From Holosporales bacterium (GTDB taxonomy: Bacteria; Pseudomonadota; Alphaproteobacteria; RUG11792), in assembly GCA_031282805.1 (NCBI GenBank), contig JAITDA010000015.1, positions 1-59,219 on the forward strand: 59,219 nucleotides of DNA, written 5' to 3'. Positions within the stretch are counted from its first letter, which is position 1. Each line of letters starts with the position of its first letter. Below, in pieces: positions 59,189-59,219 of the stretch. A program made the translations under genes and the position numbers. The notes below the pieces were generated by a model. That model saw nothing but the letters and a program-made list of their open reading frames with translations. It ran no database searches and had not been told where the DNA came from.

Positions 59189-59219
59189 TTCCTTGTTGTT
59201 GGTAAGTCTTGTGAAAACC

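Overview
59.2-kb AT-rich chromosomal segment. By gene content alone it looks like a reduced, host-associated alphaproteobacterium of the Rickettsiales/Holosporales type: fabZ-lpxA, tolQRA, invA/RppH-type Nudix, AmpG, YumC-type FNR, a lone GTA-type terminase. I cannot name the species. I call about 40 intact protein genes, mostly housekeeping: infC, secG, ftsA, topA, ffh, accBC, rpoZ, gltX, gpmI, uvrA, rpsT, envelope and peptidoglycan functions, and transporters. There is one tRNA-Ser(GGA). I saw no rRNA, CRISPR array, transposase, integrase, toxin-antitoxin pair or recognisable defence or biosynthetic operon. By my own calls about 18% of the window is intergenic, and about 7.6 kb of that lies in nine gaps of 0.45-1.4 kb. 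These gaps contain gene fossils (frameshifts, in-frame TGA codons, orphan RBS+ATG) and two short dispersed repeat families, so the genome appears to be actively decaying. The non-housekeeping content is a scattered set of lineage-specific genes with N-terminal signal peptides. (1) A 1169-aa mosaic tandem-repeat protein (14474-17983). (2) A 517-aa protein that reads by eye as a patatin-like fold with the nucleophile Ser replaced, GxSxG -> GAGTG (41739-43292). (3) An 813-aa orphan (4924-7365). (4) A fragmented secreted-protein gene next to tRNA-Ser (57072-58420). This candidate surface/effector repertoire is the most likely place for new biology. I could not recognise a coherent multi-gene novel system, and these are hypotheses to test. 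Other points worth a second look: UvrA lacks its ~110-aa insertion domain; a polyprenyl synthase homologue has a destroyed second Asp-rich motif; a perfect 19-bp GC-rich hairpin sits alone in an AT-rich spacer.
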